64,000 bases of DNA from Candidatus Multivorans sp. Its GTDB lineage: Bacteria > Acidobacteriota > Thermoanaerobaculia > Multivoradales > Multivoraceae. The notes under the pieces were generated by a model, which made no database searches, was not told where the DNA came from, and saw only the letters and a list, made by a program, of their open reading frames with translations. Made by a program: the position numbers and the translations under genes. The DNA is taken from NCBI GenBank assembly GCA_965206765.1, contig OZ242222.1, positions 23,730 to 87,729 on the forward strand. The letters are read 5' to 3'. This document shows positions 1 through 10,098 of the stretch, in pieces (the first letter of the stretch is position 1; the number at the start of each line of letters is the position of its first letter).

Positions 1-1152
1 GTCGATGCCGTCCGCATTCCGCTGCGCGCTGTCTTGAGCGCGCCGCAGTTTCTCTACCACGACGACCAGCCCGGCGAGCTGGACGACTTGGCCCTGGCGA
101 CCCGACTCTCGTACTTCCTCTGGAAGAGCCTGCCCGACGAGGAGCTCTTCGCGGCGGCACGAGAAGGCACGTTGTCGGCGCCGGAGGTGCTGGCGCAGCA
201 CGTCGAGAGAATGCTCGACGACGACAAGGCGCAACGCTTCGTCGCGGACTTCGTCGGCCAGTGGCTGCGGCTCTACGATATCGAGCTTACGACTCCTGAC
301 GAGAGGCTCTATCCCGAGTACGACGAGGTGCTGCATCACGCGCTCCAGGAGGAGACCAGGCTCTTCTTCGCCGAGCTTGTGAGAAGCGACCTCGGCGTCC
401 GGAACCTGATCGACTCCGACTTCACCTTTCTCAATCGCCGCCTGGCGGAGCACTACGGCATCCCCGGGGTCGAGGGACAGTACATGCGGAAGGTGTCGCT
501 GCCCGACGACAGCTTGCGCGGCGGCATCCTGACTCAGGCCAGCGTGCTCAAGATCACCGCCAACGGCACCACGACCTCGCCGGTCTTCCGCGGCAGCTTC
601 GTGCTCACGAACCTGCTCGGCCGGGCGCCGAGCCCGCCGCCGGCGAACGCCGGCTCGGTCGAGCCCGACACCCGCGGCGCCACGACCATCCGCGAGATCC
701 TCGCCAAGCATCGCCGAGACCCGACGTGCAACGTCTGTCACCGCGCCATCGACCCGCCGGGATTCGCTTTGGAGGCCTTCGATCCCACCGGCGGCTTCCG
801 GACGCGATACCGCTCCAGCGGCAAAGGCGATAAGCCCACGAGGACCCTCTACGGTCGCCCGATCCTGGAGTACAGGGACGGGCCACACGTGGATGCAGGC
901 GGCGTCACCCCGGACGGCAGGTCCTTCTCGGGCATCGCCGAGTACAAGCGACTCCTGCTCGAGGAGGAGGACCAGGTGGCGCGCCACTTCATCTCGCAGC
1001 TTGTCGTCTATGCGACCGGCGCCGAGATCGGCTTCGCCGACCGCGACGAGCTGTCGCGGCTCGTCGCGCGGAGCCGCGAGGGCGGCTACGGCGTGCGCAC
1101 GATCATCCACAATGTCACCCAAAGCTCACTCTTCAGGGAGCGGCAACGATGA
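1..1152 (+). CDS. DUF1592/DUF1588/DUF1585 (PSD-type) domain protein, 5'-partial
   Basis: Frame is open from base 1. Motifs LATRLSYFLW..PD, F..QWL, RGGILTQ, TSPV.RG and CNVCH..IDPPGFALE.FD..G.FR are present. ATGA overlap with a DUF1552 gene, the usual partner. Confidence 0.9.
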   Translation, partial: VDAVRIPLRAVLSAPQFLYHDDQPGELDDLALATRLSYFLWKSLPDEELFAAAREGTLSAPEVLAQHVERMLDDDKAQRFVADFVGQWLRLYDIELTTPDERLYPEYDEVLHHALQEETRLFFAELVRSDLGVRNLIDSDFTFLNRRLAEHYGIPGVEGQYMRKVSLPDDSLRGGILTQASVLKITANGTTTSPVFRGSFVLTNLLGRAPSPPPANAGSVEPDTRGATTIREILAKHRRDPTCNVCHRAIDPPGFALEAFDPTGGFRTRYRSSGKGDKPTRTLYGRPILEYRDGPHVDAGGVTPDGRSFSGIAEYKRLLLEEEDQVARHFISQLVVYATGAEIGFADRDELSRLVARSREGGYGVRTIIHNVTQSSLFRERQR

Positions 1153-2432
1153 ATCAGCCCCTCGATCGACGCACCCTCCTCCGGACCTGCGGAGTCGCCT
1201 TGGCGCTGCCGCTGCTCGAAGCGATGAGCCCGGCCCTGGCCCGAGCGGCGATCCCGGCGCCCCGGCGGATGGTGACCCTCTGCAACGCACTCGGCCTGCA
1301 CCCGCCGGCGCTCTTTCCCGCCACACAGGGTCGGGACTACGAAACAACCGAGTATCTGGAGCTGCTTCGGGACCACCGGCGCGACTACACCCTGTTCTCG
1401 GGGCTCTCCCACGACAACCAGACCGGCCGCCAAGCCCACAGCAGCGAGGTCACCTGGCTGACCGCGGCCCGCCACCCGGAGCTCGCCGGCTTTCGCAACA
1501 GTATCTCCGCCGATCAGTATGCCGCCGCGGAGCTCGGCTACGTGACCCGCTTTCCCTCGCTTGTGCTGGGTACCGACACCACGCTTCAGAGGAGTGCCAA
1601 GGGCACGCAGAGCCAGTCGTTCACGAGGCGGGGCGTCATGGTGCCTTCAGAGACCAGTCCCGCCAATCTCTTCGCCCGGATGTTCCTCACGGGGGATCCC
1701 GACGAGGTCGAGCGGCAGAAGCGGGATCTCGGCGACGGACGCAGCATCCTCGACGGCCTGAGGTCGCAGAGAAAGGCGCTCGACCGGCGCGCCAGCGCCG
1801 CCGATCGAGGCCGGCTGGACTCGTACTTCGAGGCTGTGCGCGCGGCTGAAGAAGGCATCACCGAGGCCCGGGCCTGGATCGATCGGCCCAAGCCGCGGGT
1901 GGACCGCGAGCCCCCTGTCGACATCCGGGAACGCCGCGACCTCATTGGCCGCGTCCAACTGCTGATGGACCTCGTACCGCTGATTCTGCAGACCGATTCG
2001 ACGCGCGTCGTCGCCGTAATGATTCAAGAGCTGCGGGAAGTGCCGAAGATTCCGGGCGTCTCGGGATCCCACCACAACCTCTCGCACCACGGTCAGGATC
2101 CGGACAAGATCGCGCAACTGAGGAAGGTCGAGAGGGAGATTGTCAAGTGCTTCGGCAGCCTTCTCGAGCAGATGAAGGGATGCAGCGAGGGAGACGGCAC
2201 GCTGCTCGATCAGACCGCGGTCCTCTTCGGCAGCAACCTCGGCAACGCGAACTCTCACGACACCCGCAACCTCCCGGTCTTCCTCGCCGGCGGCGGCTTC
2301 GAGCACGGTCGCTACGTCGGTTTTGACAACGACGACAACGCGCCGCTCTCCAACCTCTACGTCACCATGCTGAATCACATGGGGCTGGAAACCGAGTCGT
2401 TCGGCCAGAGCACGGGCGCACTGAGCTGGTAG
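1149..2432 (+). CDS. DUF1552 (HXXSHH) domain protein with Tat-like signal
   Basis: N-terminal LDRRTLLR..GVALALPLLEAM, plus HHNLSHH, LLDQT.VLFGS and SHDTRNLP motifs. Confidence 0.92.
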   Translation: MNQPLDRRTLLRTCGVALALPLLEAMSPALARAAIPAPRRMVTLCNALGLHPPALFPATQGRDYETTEYLELLRDHRRDYTLFSGLSHDNQTGRQAHSSEVTWLTAARHPELAGFRNSISADQYAAAELGYVTRFPSLVLGTDTTLQRSAKGTQSQSFTRRGVMVPSETSPANLFARMFLTGDPDEVERQKRDLGDGRSILDGLRSQRKALDRRASAADRGRLDSYFEAVRAAEEGITEARAWIDRPKPRVDREPPVDIRERRDLIGRVQLLMDLVPLILQTDSTRVVAVMIQELREVPKIPGVSGSHHNLSHHGQDPDKIAQLRKVEREIVKCFGSLLEQMKGCSEGDGTLLDQTAVLFGSNLGNANSHDTRNLPVFLAGGGFEHGRYVGFDNDDNAPLSNLYVTMLNHMGLETESFGQSTGALSW

Positions 2433-2533
2433 GGCGCTAGCGCGGCAGAACGATCTGACCTGGGAACGCGGGCAGCCTGCCCGCATCCGGCGCGAAGCGC
2501 CGGCTTCCGGGAGTTCTGCCGCCCTAGCGCCCT
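2431..2533. repeat. 21-bp inverted repeat (2431-2451 / 2513-2533, 1 mismatch) enclosing REP-like palindrome copy 1 (2459-2503)
   Basis: agggcgctagcgcggcagaac ... gttctgccgccctagcgccct. The core is cctgggaacgcgggcagcctgcccgcatccggcgcgaagcgccgg. Lies between convergent genes. Confidence 0.85.
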
Positions 2534-3675
2534 TCGGACCACTCCTTCTCCAGTTGCCGCGCGCCGCGCATCGTCATCCCCATCGAGTAGTTGCCTTCGT
2601 GACAGGCGTACTCGTAGATGCGCTGGTCGGTGCGCAGCCACGGGGACGAACCGCCCCAGGTCGCCGCGTAGTCGGGATCGTCGACGCTGAACTCATAGAA
2701 CAGGCTGCCGTCCTCCTGCGGAGTGAAGCGCTCGACGATGTGGAGACCCTCGTGCGACACGCCCGAATGAGCTCCGACGTTCTTGCGTCGTTCGGTCGCG
2801 GCCTTTGCCACGCCCTGGCGACGGAAGTTCGTCGTGTCGACGACCAGGGTGTCGCCCTCCCACCAACCGATCGAGTCGCCGGCGTAGGAGAGAACCTCTT
2901 CCGGTGGGTGCTTCGAGTCGAGGCGGACGATGCGCGCCTCGTGCATCAGCTCCGCGAGGATCACGACATGGGTCGCGGTCTGGGTGATGCCGTAATAGGC
3001 CCCGTAGCCCCTTCGCAGGGTAGGGATGGTCGCCCGGTCGTAATAGATGCAGCGCTCCCAGAGGCCGAGCAGCTCCGGATCGTCGAAGATCCGGTGTTTC
3101 CCATCGGTAGTCGGGATGCCCCGACCTCGCGACCCGGCGACTTCATCCGCCGCCATCCACCAGGCGCCGTCGGGATTCGGGGGGCCCATGCGATCGGCAG
3201 TGGTGAAAGCCGGGCGGCGCTTCTTTCCGGCCTCGGTGACCGCCGGCACGCGACCGTTCGGCGGGTCGGTGAGGACCGAGTTCCGGTACCTGCCGTCAAC
3301 GGTAAAGACGATCGTGCCCATGTCGAGAAGGCTGAGCCCATTGCCGCCGGTGACCCTGCCGCCGGCGTAGCCGCCGGCCGGAGGCGGAGGACGATCCGGG
3401 TCGCCAGGAACGTGTTGTTGGGCGACCCTTGCGGCCATTGCCTGCTCGATTCTCCTGGCGTCGTCCGTGCTCATGTACGGGTCGTTGCCGTACTCCGGAT
3501 TGCGCACGAAAGGCGTCAGCGTGTTGATGGTGTACGTGCCGGAGAGATCCGGCGCGCCGCTGGGCATTCGCGGAACGTCGCTCTCCCTGGCCGGCGCGGC
3601 CGCTGCGACGATGCTCGCGGCGAGCGCTACCGCCGCCCTGGCCGGCCAACGAGTCCTTGGGATGAGTCGCCGCAT
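2524..3675 (-). CDS. Secreted conserved hypothetical protein, 'YEYACHEGN' family
   Basis: Start reassigned to MRRLIPR after the SD GAAGGGAGG. Signal peptide, PDLSG, ERC, GDSIGWWEGDTLVVDTTNF and YEYACHEGNY motifs. Confidence 0.8.
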   Translation of the reverse strand: MRRLIPRTRWPARAAVALAASIVAAAAPARESDVPRMPSGAPDLSGTYTINTLTPFVRNPEYGNDPYMSTDDARRIEQAMAARVAQQHVPGDPDRPPPPAGGYAGGRVTGGNGLSLLDMGTIVFTVDGRYRNSVLTDPPNGRVPAVTEAGKKRRPAFTTADRMGPPNPDGAWWMAADEVAGSRGRGIPTTDGKHRIFDDPELLGLWERCIYYDRATIPTLRRGYGAYYGITQTATHVVILAELMHEARIVRLDSKHPPEEVLSYAGDSIGWWEGDTLVVDTTNFRRQGVAKAATERRKNVGAHSGVSHEGLHIVERFTPQEDGSLFYEFSVDDPDYAATWGGSSPWLRTDQRIYEYACHEGNYSMGMTMRGARQLEKEWSEGR

Positions 3676-3685
3676 CGTCCTCCCT

Positions 3686-5824
3686 TCATCCCTCGAGTTC
3701 GATGCGCTGCAGCGCGGCTTTGGTGAGGATCCGCAACTGATCCACGCCTTCGGCGCCGGCGTGGACGTCGATGACGATCGTGGTCCCGTCGGCGAGGACC
3801 TCCCAGCCGTCTGAGTCGGACTCGCCGACGAGGGCGCCGCGATCGGCCGGGGCGCCGAATTCGGGGTCGGCAAAGGCGAGGAAGTCGCTGGCGGCGAGGC
3901 CGGCCGAGCTTGCGACAACGCCGAGAATCGGATCGTCGAGCTCGATCTCGACGCCGGTGATTCCGGCGGTCGCGACAGGGGCGAAGTGCAGGAGGAAGCT
4001 GTGAACCACCGTGCCGCGCGCGATCGTCGCTCCCGCCGGCAGGTGGTTCGCATCGTAGGCGGTGGGCGCGCCGTCGCTTTCGACCTTCAGATCCTCCTCG
4101 AGGGTGACGAACTGGCGCTCGACCACCAGCTCGGGCCGATCGTTCTCCGTGCGGCGGCCGGCGGAGAGATCGTCGGGGACCGTGTCGTCGCCGACGTCGC
4201 CGAGAATGTCGACGCCGTCCGCCGAGGCGATGCGGGTGTCGTAGTCGGCGCCGTCGCGGCTTCGGGCCGCTTCCACTTCGAACCAGTTGGTGATGTCGTC
4301 CCGCAACGACTGGAAGATGCTCTGGATCTCCGGCGGCTTCGAGTCGACATCGGCGCTGGTGGCGACCGGCGTCTCTTCGCGCGGGTCCTCGATCAGGTCG
4401 TAGAGCTCCCACTCTCTCCCGCTGGTTTCGGAGATCAGCTTGTAGCGGTCGTCGATGATCGACCGCTCGCCGCCGACCCTCTGCAGCATCCGGGTACGCC
4501 TGCTGTCGCAGTCGGTGTCTTCATGGTCGCCTCGGTCGGCAGTCGGGTCTCCACAGTCCTCCCACCGGATACGGCCCCTGCGCGGCGCCGAGCGGTCGCC
4601 GAAGAGGACCTCGGTCATCGACTCGCCGTCGAGCGGACGCGCGTCCGGCATCTCGATTCCCCAGATGTCCAGGAGCGTCGGCAGGTAGTCGCTGGTCGTC
4701 ATCGGTGTCGAGGTTTCGCCTGGGCCGATCCGTCCCGGCCACTCGACGATGCCCGGCACCCGGACTCCGCCTTCCCAGAGGTTGCCCTTGGAACCCCGCA
4801 GGCCACCCTTGCCCTCGCTCTCGAACTCCATCCTCACCGAGCCCGACTGGCCGTTGTCGGACGTGAAGGCCACGAGCGTTTCGCCTTCGATGCCGAGCTC
4901 GCGAAGATGCGTCCGCAGGCGGCCGATCTCCGTATCCATTGCCGTGATGCCGGAGTAGTAGCGCGCCTCGTACTCGCTCCACTCCGCCTGTTCCTCCGGC
5001 GTGTAGAACTCATCGAGCGTCGCCTGGTCGAGCCGGTGCGGGCCATGCGGTGGATGGAGCCAGACGACGGCGAGGAAGGGACGTTTCGCCGCGACCGCGT
5101 CGTCGACGAACCGCAGCGCCTCGCGGATGATGATCGCCGAGGCGTCGCCGCGCAGCTCCGGCGAGTCGGGATCCACGTGCTCCCCGGGGCCGGTGTAGTA
5201 GCGGCCGCCGTGGAAGTTGCCCTCGCTGGGGAGCGGTCCCAGCGGATCCTCCTTCATCGGCTCGAAGGTCGGCAGTGCCTGCTCGCTCGCCCAGACGCGG
5301 TCGTAGCCGTGGCTCCAGGGCGGCGAGTAGAACTCGCCGCCGTTCCTGTCCCGCAGCGTCCTGGTGAGATCGCCAAGGTGCCACTTGCCGAAGTGTCCGG
5401 TCGTGTAGCCCTGGGTCCTGGCGAGCTCGGCCAGCGTCAGCTCGAGGTTGCGGAGAGCATCGTTGTACGCCCAGTCGACACTGTTGCGGCGCGGCGCCCG
5501 GCCGGTGACGAAGGAGGCCCGTGTCGGGCTGCACACCGAGCCGCCCGAATACATGCGATGGAACTGGAGCCCTTCCTCGGCCATCGCTCGCAGGTTGGGG
5601 GTCTTGATCTCGGGATGGCCCGGAAAGACGTTTCCGGGTGCGAGTTGCTGTGAGTACTCGACGGCGCCCCATCCCTGATCGTCGCTCATCATCAGAATGA
5701 CGTTGGGCCGCGACGGAGACGGCACAGGCGCTGCCGCTTCGTCCGGCGCGGGTGTCGCGCAGCCGCAGGCCGCTAGACCGAGGGAGAGCATCGCCCATCG
5801 AAACGATTCGGGTCCGCCACTCAT
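3686..5824 (-). CDS. Cys-type arylsulfatase-family lipoprotein with ~160-aa C-terminal accessory domain (copy A)
   Basis: PNVILMMSDDQGWG, CSPTRASFVTG, GKWHLG, SDNG and RGSKG.LWEGG.RVP motifs. Lipobox LAACGC. Start MSGGPES after the SD AAGGAG. Confidence 0.92.
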   Translation of the reverse strand: MSGGPESFRWAMLSLGLAACGCATPAPDEAAAPVPSPSRPNVILMMSDDQGWGAVEYSQQLAPGNVFPGHPEIKTPNLRAMAEEGLQFHRMYSGGSVCSPTRASFVTGRAPRRNSVDWAYNDALRNLELTLAELARTQGYTTGHFGKWHLGDLTRTLRDRNGGEFYSPPWSHGYDRVWASEQALPTFEPMKEDPLGPLPSEGNFHGGRYYTGPGEHVDPDSPELRGDASAIIIREALRFVDDAVAAKRPFLAVVWLHPPHGPHRLDQATLDEFYTPEEQAEWSEYEARYYSGITAMDTEIGRLRTHLRELGIEGETLVAFTSDNGQSGSVRMEFESEGKGGLRGSKGNLWEGGVRVPGIVEWPGRIGPGETSTPMTTSDYLPTLLDIWGIEMPDARPLDGESMTEVLFGDRSAPRRGRIRWEDCGDPTADRGDHEDTDCDSRRTRMLQRVGGERSIIDDRYKLISETSGREWELYDLIEDPREETPVATSADVDSKPPEIQSIFQSLRDDITNWFEVEAARSRDGADYDTRIASADGVDILGDVGDDTVPDDLSAGRRTENDRPELVVERQFVTLEEDLKVESDGAPTAYDANHLPAGATIARGTVVHSFLLHFAPVATAGITGVEIELDDPILGVVASSAGLAASDFLAFADPEFGAPADRGALVGESDSDGWEVLADGTTIVIDVHAGAEGVDQLRILTKAALQRIELEG

Positions 5825-5853
5825 GTCGCTCCTTTCCGGCTCTCTGGCGTTGG

Positions 5854-7854
5854 TCAACGCGCGGCCGGCAGGGCCAAGGCCACGAGTTGAGCCGTCTCCG
5901 GGCCGCTGCGCGCGGTTCTCGAGACCACCTTGCCGCCGGCAGGCACGACGATGTATTGGCGGCCCTGGTGCAGGTAGGTCATCGGTACTCCGTGCAGGGT
6001 GGCCTCGGTCTCCACCTCCGCGAGGAGCTTGCCGGTGGCTTTGTCGTAGGCCTGGAGGTGGCTGCCCTTGGCGGCGCGGGCGTCCCAGCTCGGCCAGTTC
6101 GGCACATAGGTGATGAGCAGGGTCCTGGTGATGAGAAGCCCGCCCTCGCGGTTGCCGCTCGAGGGGCGGCTGCCGAGAGGGCCGAGTTCGAGATGCCTGA
6201 TGGCAGGGTGGTCGGTCGGTCCCTCGCCGAACGGCGCCATCCAGGCGTGCTCGCCGGTACCCAGATCGATGGCCGTGATGCGCTGATACGGAGGCTTGAG
6301 GAGCGGCAGTCCCTGGGGACTTCCGACGCGGCCGCCACGGCTTACCCATCTCCACTCGCTGCGCGCCGGGTCCGGCGGCGCGACCGCCACCCCGGTCGGC
6401 TGCGTTCGCGACTGGACGTAGAGGATGCCGGTCATGGGATCGAGCGAGGCGCCGGGATGATTCGCTCCACCCGCCATCCCCGGCACCGCGAGCGTCGCCT
6501 GTTTCCCTCCCTCACCCCCGACGATGGGAGGCGTGAACATCGGTCCCAGAAGGAACTCCCCGGCAATCTCGAGCGCCTCCTTTCGCAGTTCAGGCGTGAA
6601 GTCGATGAGATCGTCGATCGTCACGCCCTGGAGATCGAAGGCCGCCGGCCTGGTCGGAAAGGGCTGGGTCGGCGCCGTCCACTCCCCGGGCACCGTGGTC
6701 TGCGGCACTGGACGCTCTTCGATCGGCCAGATGGGCTCGCCCGTGACCCGGTCGAAGACGTAGGCGAAGGCCGTCTTGGACACCTGGGCGACGATCTTCC
6801 GTAACCGACCGTCGACCACGACGTCGGCGAGAACGGGGGCGGAGGCGATGTCCCAGTCCCAGATGCCGTGATGAACGGCCTGGAAGTGCCAGACGCGCTC
6901 GCCGGTTTCGGCGTCGACGCAGAGCAGGCTCTCGGCGTAGACGTTGTCGCCGGGCCGGTGACCGCCCCAGAGGTTGCCGGTCGGCGTCGTGGTGGGGATG
7001 TAGATGTAGCCGAGCTCCTCGTCGCCGGCCATCGCTCCCCAGACGTTGGCGCCGCCAATCCACTTCCAGGAGTCGTTGTGCCACGTCTCGGTGAACTCCT
7101 CGCCCTCCTGCGGGATGGTGTGGAAGCGCCACTTCGGCTCGCCGGTACGGACGTCGTAGGCCCGTACGTGGCCCGGCGGAAGACCCTGCTTCGTCGCCGG
7201 TGCGTCGGCGATTCGCGAGCCCACGACGAACGTGTCGCGAATCACGATCCCGGGCGAGCCGGCGCTGATGTCCCGCTGGAAGACCTCCTCGCGGCCCAGC
7301 CTGTCATCTGACAGGTCGACGATGCCGTCTTCTCCGAAGGCGGGGTCGGGACGTCCCGTCGCGAGATCGAGCGAGATCAGTTGCTTGCCGCTCGTAATGA
7401 AGAGGATGCGCTCCGCTTCGCCGTCGGTCCAGTACTCGAGGCCTCGGGGAGTGGCGCCGTAGCCTTGCGGGAGCTCGTAGCTCTGGGGGTCGTAGACCCA
7501 GAACTCCTCACCAGTCGCGGCGTCGAGGGCCGCGATCTGCCAGAGGTTGGTCGCCATGTAGACACGACCGCCGATCATGAGCGCCGATCCCCGGAAGGTT
7601 CCCGGCTCCTCCCTCAGCTCGTGATCGGCCGACTTCCAGCGCCAGGCCACATCGAGCTGCTCGAAGTTCGCTGCATCGATCTGGTCGAGGGGCGAGTAGC
7701 GGGTGAAGGCGTGGTCGCGGCCATGGTGCCGCCACTCGGCGTTTTCCGCACGTGACTCTGCGAGGGCTTCGGGGGCCATCGAGGCGGCTGCCAGCAGCGC
7801 CAGAGCAAAGCGAGCCTGCCGGATCGTTGGGCGCCGGCAAGTGTGGGGACGCAT
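5854..7854 (-). CDS. PQQ-dependent dehydrogenase, glucose/quinate family, periplasmic (copy A)
   Basis: RYSPLDQI, PGHVRAYDVRTG..WRFHTIP, WHFQ.VHHGIWDWD and TQPFPT motifs, plus a signal peptide. Start overlaps the upstream stop (TGATG). Confidence 0.92.
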   Translation of the reverse strand: MRPHTCRRPTIRQARFALALLAAASMAPEALAESRAENAEWRHHGRDHAFTRYSPLDQIDAANFEQLDVAWRWKSADHELREEPGTFRGSALMIGGRVYMATNLWQIAALDAATGEEFWVYDPQSYELPQGYGATPRGLEYWTDGEAERILFITSGKQLISLDLATGRPDPAFGEDGIVDLSDDRLGREEVFQRDISAGSPGIVIRDTFVVGSRIADAPATKQGLPPGHVRAYDVRTGEPKWRFHTIPQEGEEFTETWHNDSWKWIGGANVWGAMAGDEELGYIYIPTTTPTGNLWGGHRPGDNVYAESLLCVDAETGERVWHFQAVHHGIWDWDIASAPVLADVVVDGRLRKIVAQVSKTAFAYVFDRVTGEPIWPIEERPVPQTTVPGEWTAPTQPFPTRPAAFDLQGVTIDDLIDFTPELRKEALEIAGEFLLGPMFTPPIVGGEGGKQATLAVPGMAGGANHPGASLDPMTGILYVQSRTQPTGVAVAPPDPARSEWRWVSRGGRVGSPQGLPLLKPPYQRITAIDLGTGEHAWMAPFGEGPTDHPAIRHLELGPLGSRPSSGNREGGLLITRTLLITYVPNWPSWDARAAKGSHLQAYDKATGKLLAEVETEATLHGVPMTYLHQGRQYIVVPAGGKVVSRTARSGPETAQLVALALPAAR

Positions 7855-10064
7855 CAATGATCTTCGTTCTGGTTCACTGGGCTTGGCTGCAACGCCGCTT
7901 CGGTGAGGATTCGCAACTGATCCACGCCTTCGGCGCTGGCGCCCACGTCGACGACGATCGTCGTCCCGTCGGCGAGGATCTCCCAGGCGTCGGAGTCCGT
8001 CTCGCCGACCAGGGCGCCGCGATCGGCCGAGGCGCCGAACTCGGGGTTGGCGAAGGCGAGGAAGTCGCTGGCGGCGAGGCTCGCCGAGCTGGCGGCGACG
8101 CCCAGGATGGGGTCGTCGAACCTGATCTCGACGCCGCTGAGGCCGGCCGCGGCGGTGGGCGCGAAGTGCAGCAGGAAGCTGTGGACGACTGTGCCGGCGG
8201 GTACGGTCGCACCCGGCGGCAGGTTGCCGGCATCGTAGGAGGCGGGGGCGCCGTCGCTCTCGACTGCCAGGTCCTCGTCGAGGGTGGCGAATTGCCGCTC
8301 GACGACCAGCTCCGGACGATCGACGGAGGTCCGGCGAGCGGCCGACAGATCGTCGGGAACGGTCTCGTCGCCGACGTCGCCGAGAATGTCGACGCTGTCG
8401 GCGCCGGCGATGCGCGTGTCGTAGTCCGCGCCCTCGCGGCTGGCCGCGGTGTCGACTTCGTACCAGGTGGTGATCTCGTCCAGGAGAGAGGTGTAGATCG
8501 CCTGGATCTCCGGCGGCTGCGAGTCGACGTCGGCGCTGGTGGCGAGCGGGGTCTCTTCGCGCGGGTCTTCGAGCAGGTCGTACAGTTCCCATTCCCGGCC
8601 GCTGGTGAGGGAGATCAGCTTGTAGCGGTCGTCGAGGATGGAGCGCCCGCCGCCCACCCTCGTCAATCCACGGCCGCCGCGGCCCCGGCCGGCGCTGTCG
8701 CAGTCCTCGGGCTCGCCGGCGGCGCGGGTGGGAACGGGGTCCCCACAGTTGTCGAACCGGAGGCGGCCCCGGCGCGGCGCCGAGCGATCGCCGAAGAGAA
8801 CCTCAGACATCGACTCGCCGTCGAGCGGCCGCGAGTCGGGCAGGTCGAGTCCCCAGATGTCCAGGAGCGTCGGCAGGTAGTCGCTGGTGATCATCGGTGT
8901 AGAGGTCTCTCCGGGAGCGATCCGTCCCGGCCACTCGACGATGCCCGGTACGCGGACCCCACCCTCCCAGATGGAGCCCTTGAATCCCCGCAGGCCGCCC
9001 TTCGCCTCGTCCCGATCGTCGAGTCTCACCGATTGCGAAAGCCCATTGTCCGAGGTAAAGGTCACGAGCGTGTCGTCTTCGATGCCGAGAGTGCGCAGGT
9101 GCGCGCGCAGGCGACCGATCTCTTTGTCCATCGCCGTGATGCCGGAGTAGTAGGGCGCCTCGTAGTCGTTCATCTGGCTCAGCTCCTCGGCCGAGTAGAA
9201 CTCGTCGAGGGTCGCCTGGTCGAGGCGATGGGGGCTGTGCGGAGGATGGAACCAGACGACGGCGAGGAAGGGGCGCTCGGCGGCAACGGCGTCGTCGATG
9301 AATCGGGTCGTTTCCCTGACGATGATCGCGGAGGCGTCGCCGGCGAGAGTGGGGGAGTCGATGTCGACGTGCTGCTCGTGGCCGGTCCAGTAGTGCGCGC
9401 CGATGTGATTGCCTTCGCTGGGGAGCGGACCTGCTGGGTCGATGCGCATCGGCTCGAAGGTCGGCAACGCCTGTGGGGACGCCCAGCTCCGGCCGTAGCC
9501 GTGATGCCACGGCGCCGAATAGAAGTCGCCGCCGCTCCTGCCGAAGCACCTGCCGCCGCATCGCGCGAGATCGTCCGCGTCGGCTTCGGGCGTCTTGTTC
9601 AGGTTGCCGAGGTGCCACTTTCCGAAGTGTCCGGTCATGTAGCCCTGGGTCTTGGCCAGTTCGGCGATCGTCAGCTCCAGGTTGCGCAGACCGTCGTTGT
9701 AGGCCATGTCGATGTGGTTGCGGCGTGGAGAGCGGCCAGTGACGAACGACGACCGGGTCGGACTGCAGTTCGAACCATGCGAGTACATGCGGTGAAACTG
9801 AAGGCCGGCCGCCGCCATCTCGCGCAGGTTGGGTGTCTTGACTTCGGTGTGGCCCGGAAAGATGTCGCCGGGGGCGAGTTGCTGGGCGTACTCGACGTCG
9901 CCCCAGCCCTGATCGTCGCTCATCATGAGAATGACATTGGGCCGCGGCGGAATCGGCGCTGGCCCGGCTTCCTCGCCCGAAGGCGCCGCGCAACCGCAGG
10001 CCAGGAGGCCGAGGATCAGCGTGCTCGGCCCCTGGGAGGCGACGCGTGGGGTTCTCCTGATCAT
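7854..10064 (-). CDS. Cys-type arylsulfatase-family lipoprotein with C-terminal accessory domain (copy B)
   Basis: CSPTRSSFVTG and GKWHLG motifs. Close full-length paralog of 3686-5824. Start MIRRTPR after GAGGAGGG. Confidence 0.92.
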   Translation of the reverse strand: MIRRTPRVASQGPSTLILGLLACGCAAPSGEEAGPAPIPPRPNVILMMSDDQGWGDVEYAQQLAPGDIFPGHTEVKTPNLREMAAAGLQFHRMYSHGSNCSPTRSSFVTGRSPRRNHIDMAYNDGLRNLELTIAELAKTQGYMTGHFGKWHLGNLNKTPEADADDLARCGGRCFGRSGGDFYSAPWHHGYGRSWASPQALPTFEPMRIDPAGPLPSEGNHIGAHYWTGHEQHVDIDSPTLAGDASAIIVRETTRFIDDAVAAERPFLAVVWFHPPHSPHRLDQATLDEFYSAEELSQMNDYEAPYYSGITAMDKEIGRLRAHLRTLGIEDDTLVTFTSDNGLSQSVRLDDRDEAKGGLRGFKGSIWEGGVRVPGIVEWPGRIAPGETSTPMITSDYLPTLLDIWGLDLPDSRPLDGESMSEVLFGDRSAPRRGRLRFDNCGDPVPTRAAGEPEDCDSAGRGRGGRGLTRVGGGRSILDDRYKLISLTSGREWELYDLLEDPREETPLATSADVDSQPPEIQAIYTSLLDEITTWYEVDTAASREGADYDTRIAGADSVDILGDVGDETVPDDLSAARRTSVDRPELVVERQFATLDEDLAVESDGAPASYDAGNLPPGATVPAGTVVHSFLLHFAPTAAAGLSGVEIRFDDPILGVAASSASLAASDFLAFANPEFGASADRGALVGETDSDAWEILADGTTIVVDVGASAEGVDQLRILTEAALQPSPVNQNEDH

Positions 10065-10098
10065 CGCGTCGCCCTCCTCATCCCGTCGAGGGAAGTCG

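Noticed and set aside
3686-10064. Similar sulfatase 3' regions as a DGR template/variable pair
   Set aside because: Both are full-length coding paralogs, the differences are not adenine-specific, and there is no reverse transcriptase.
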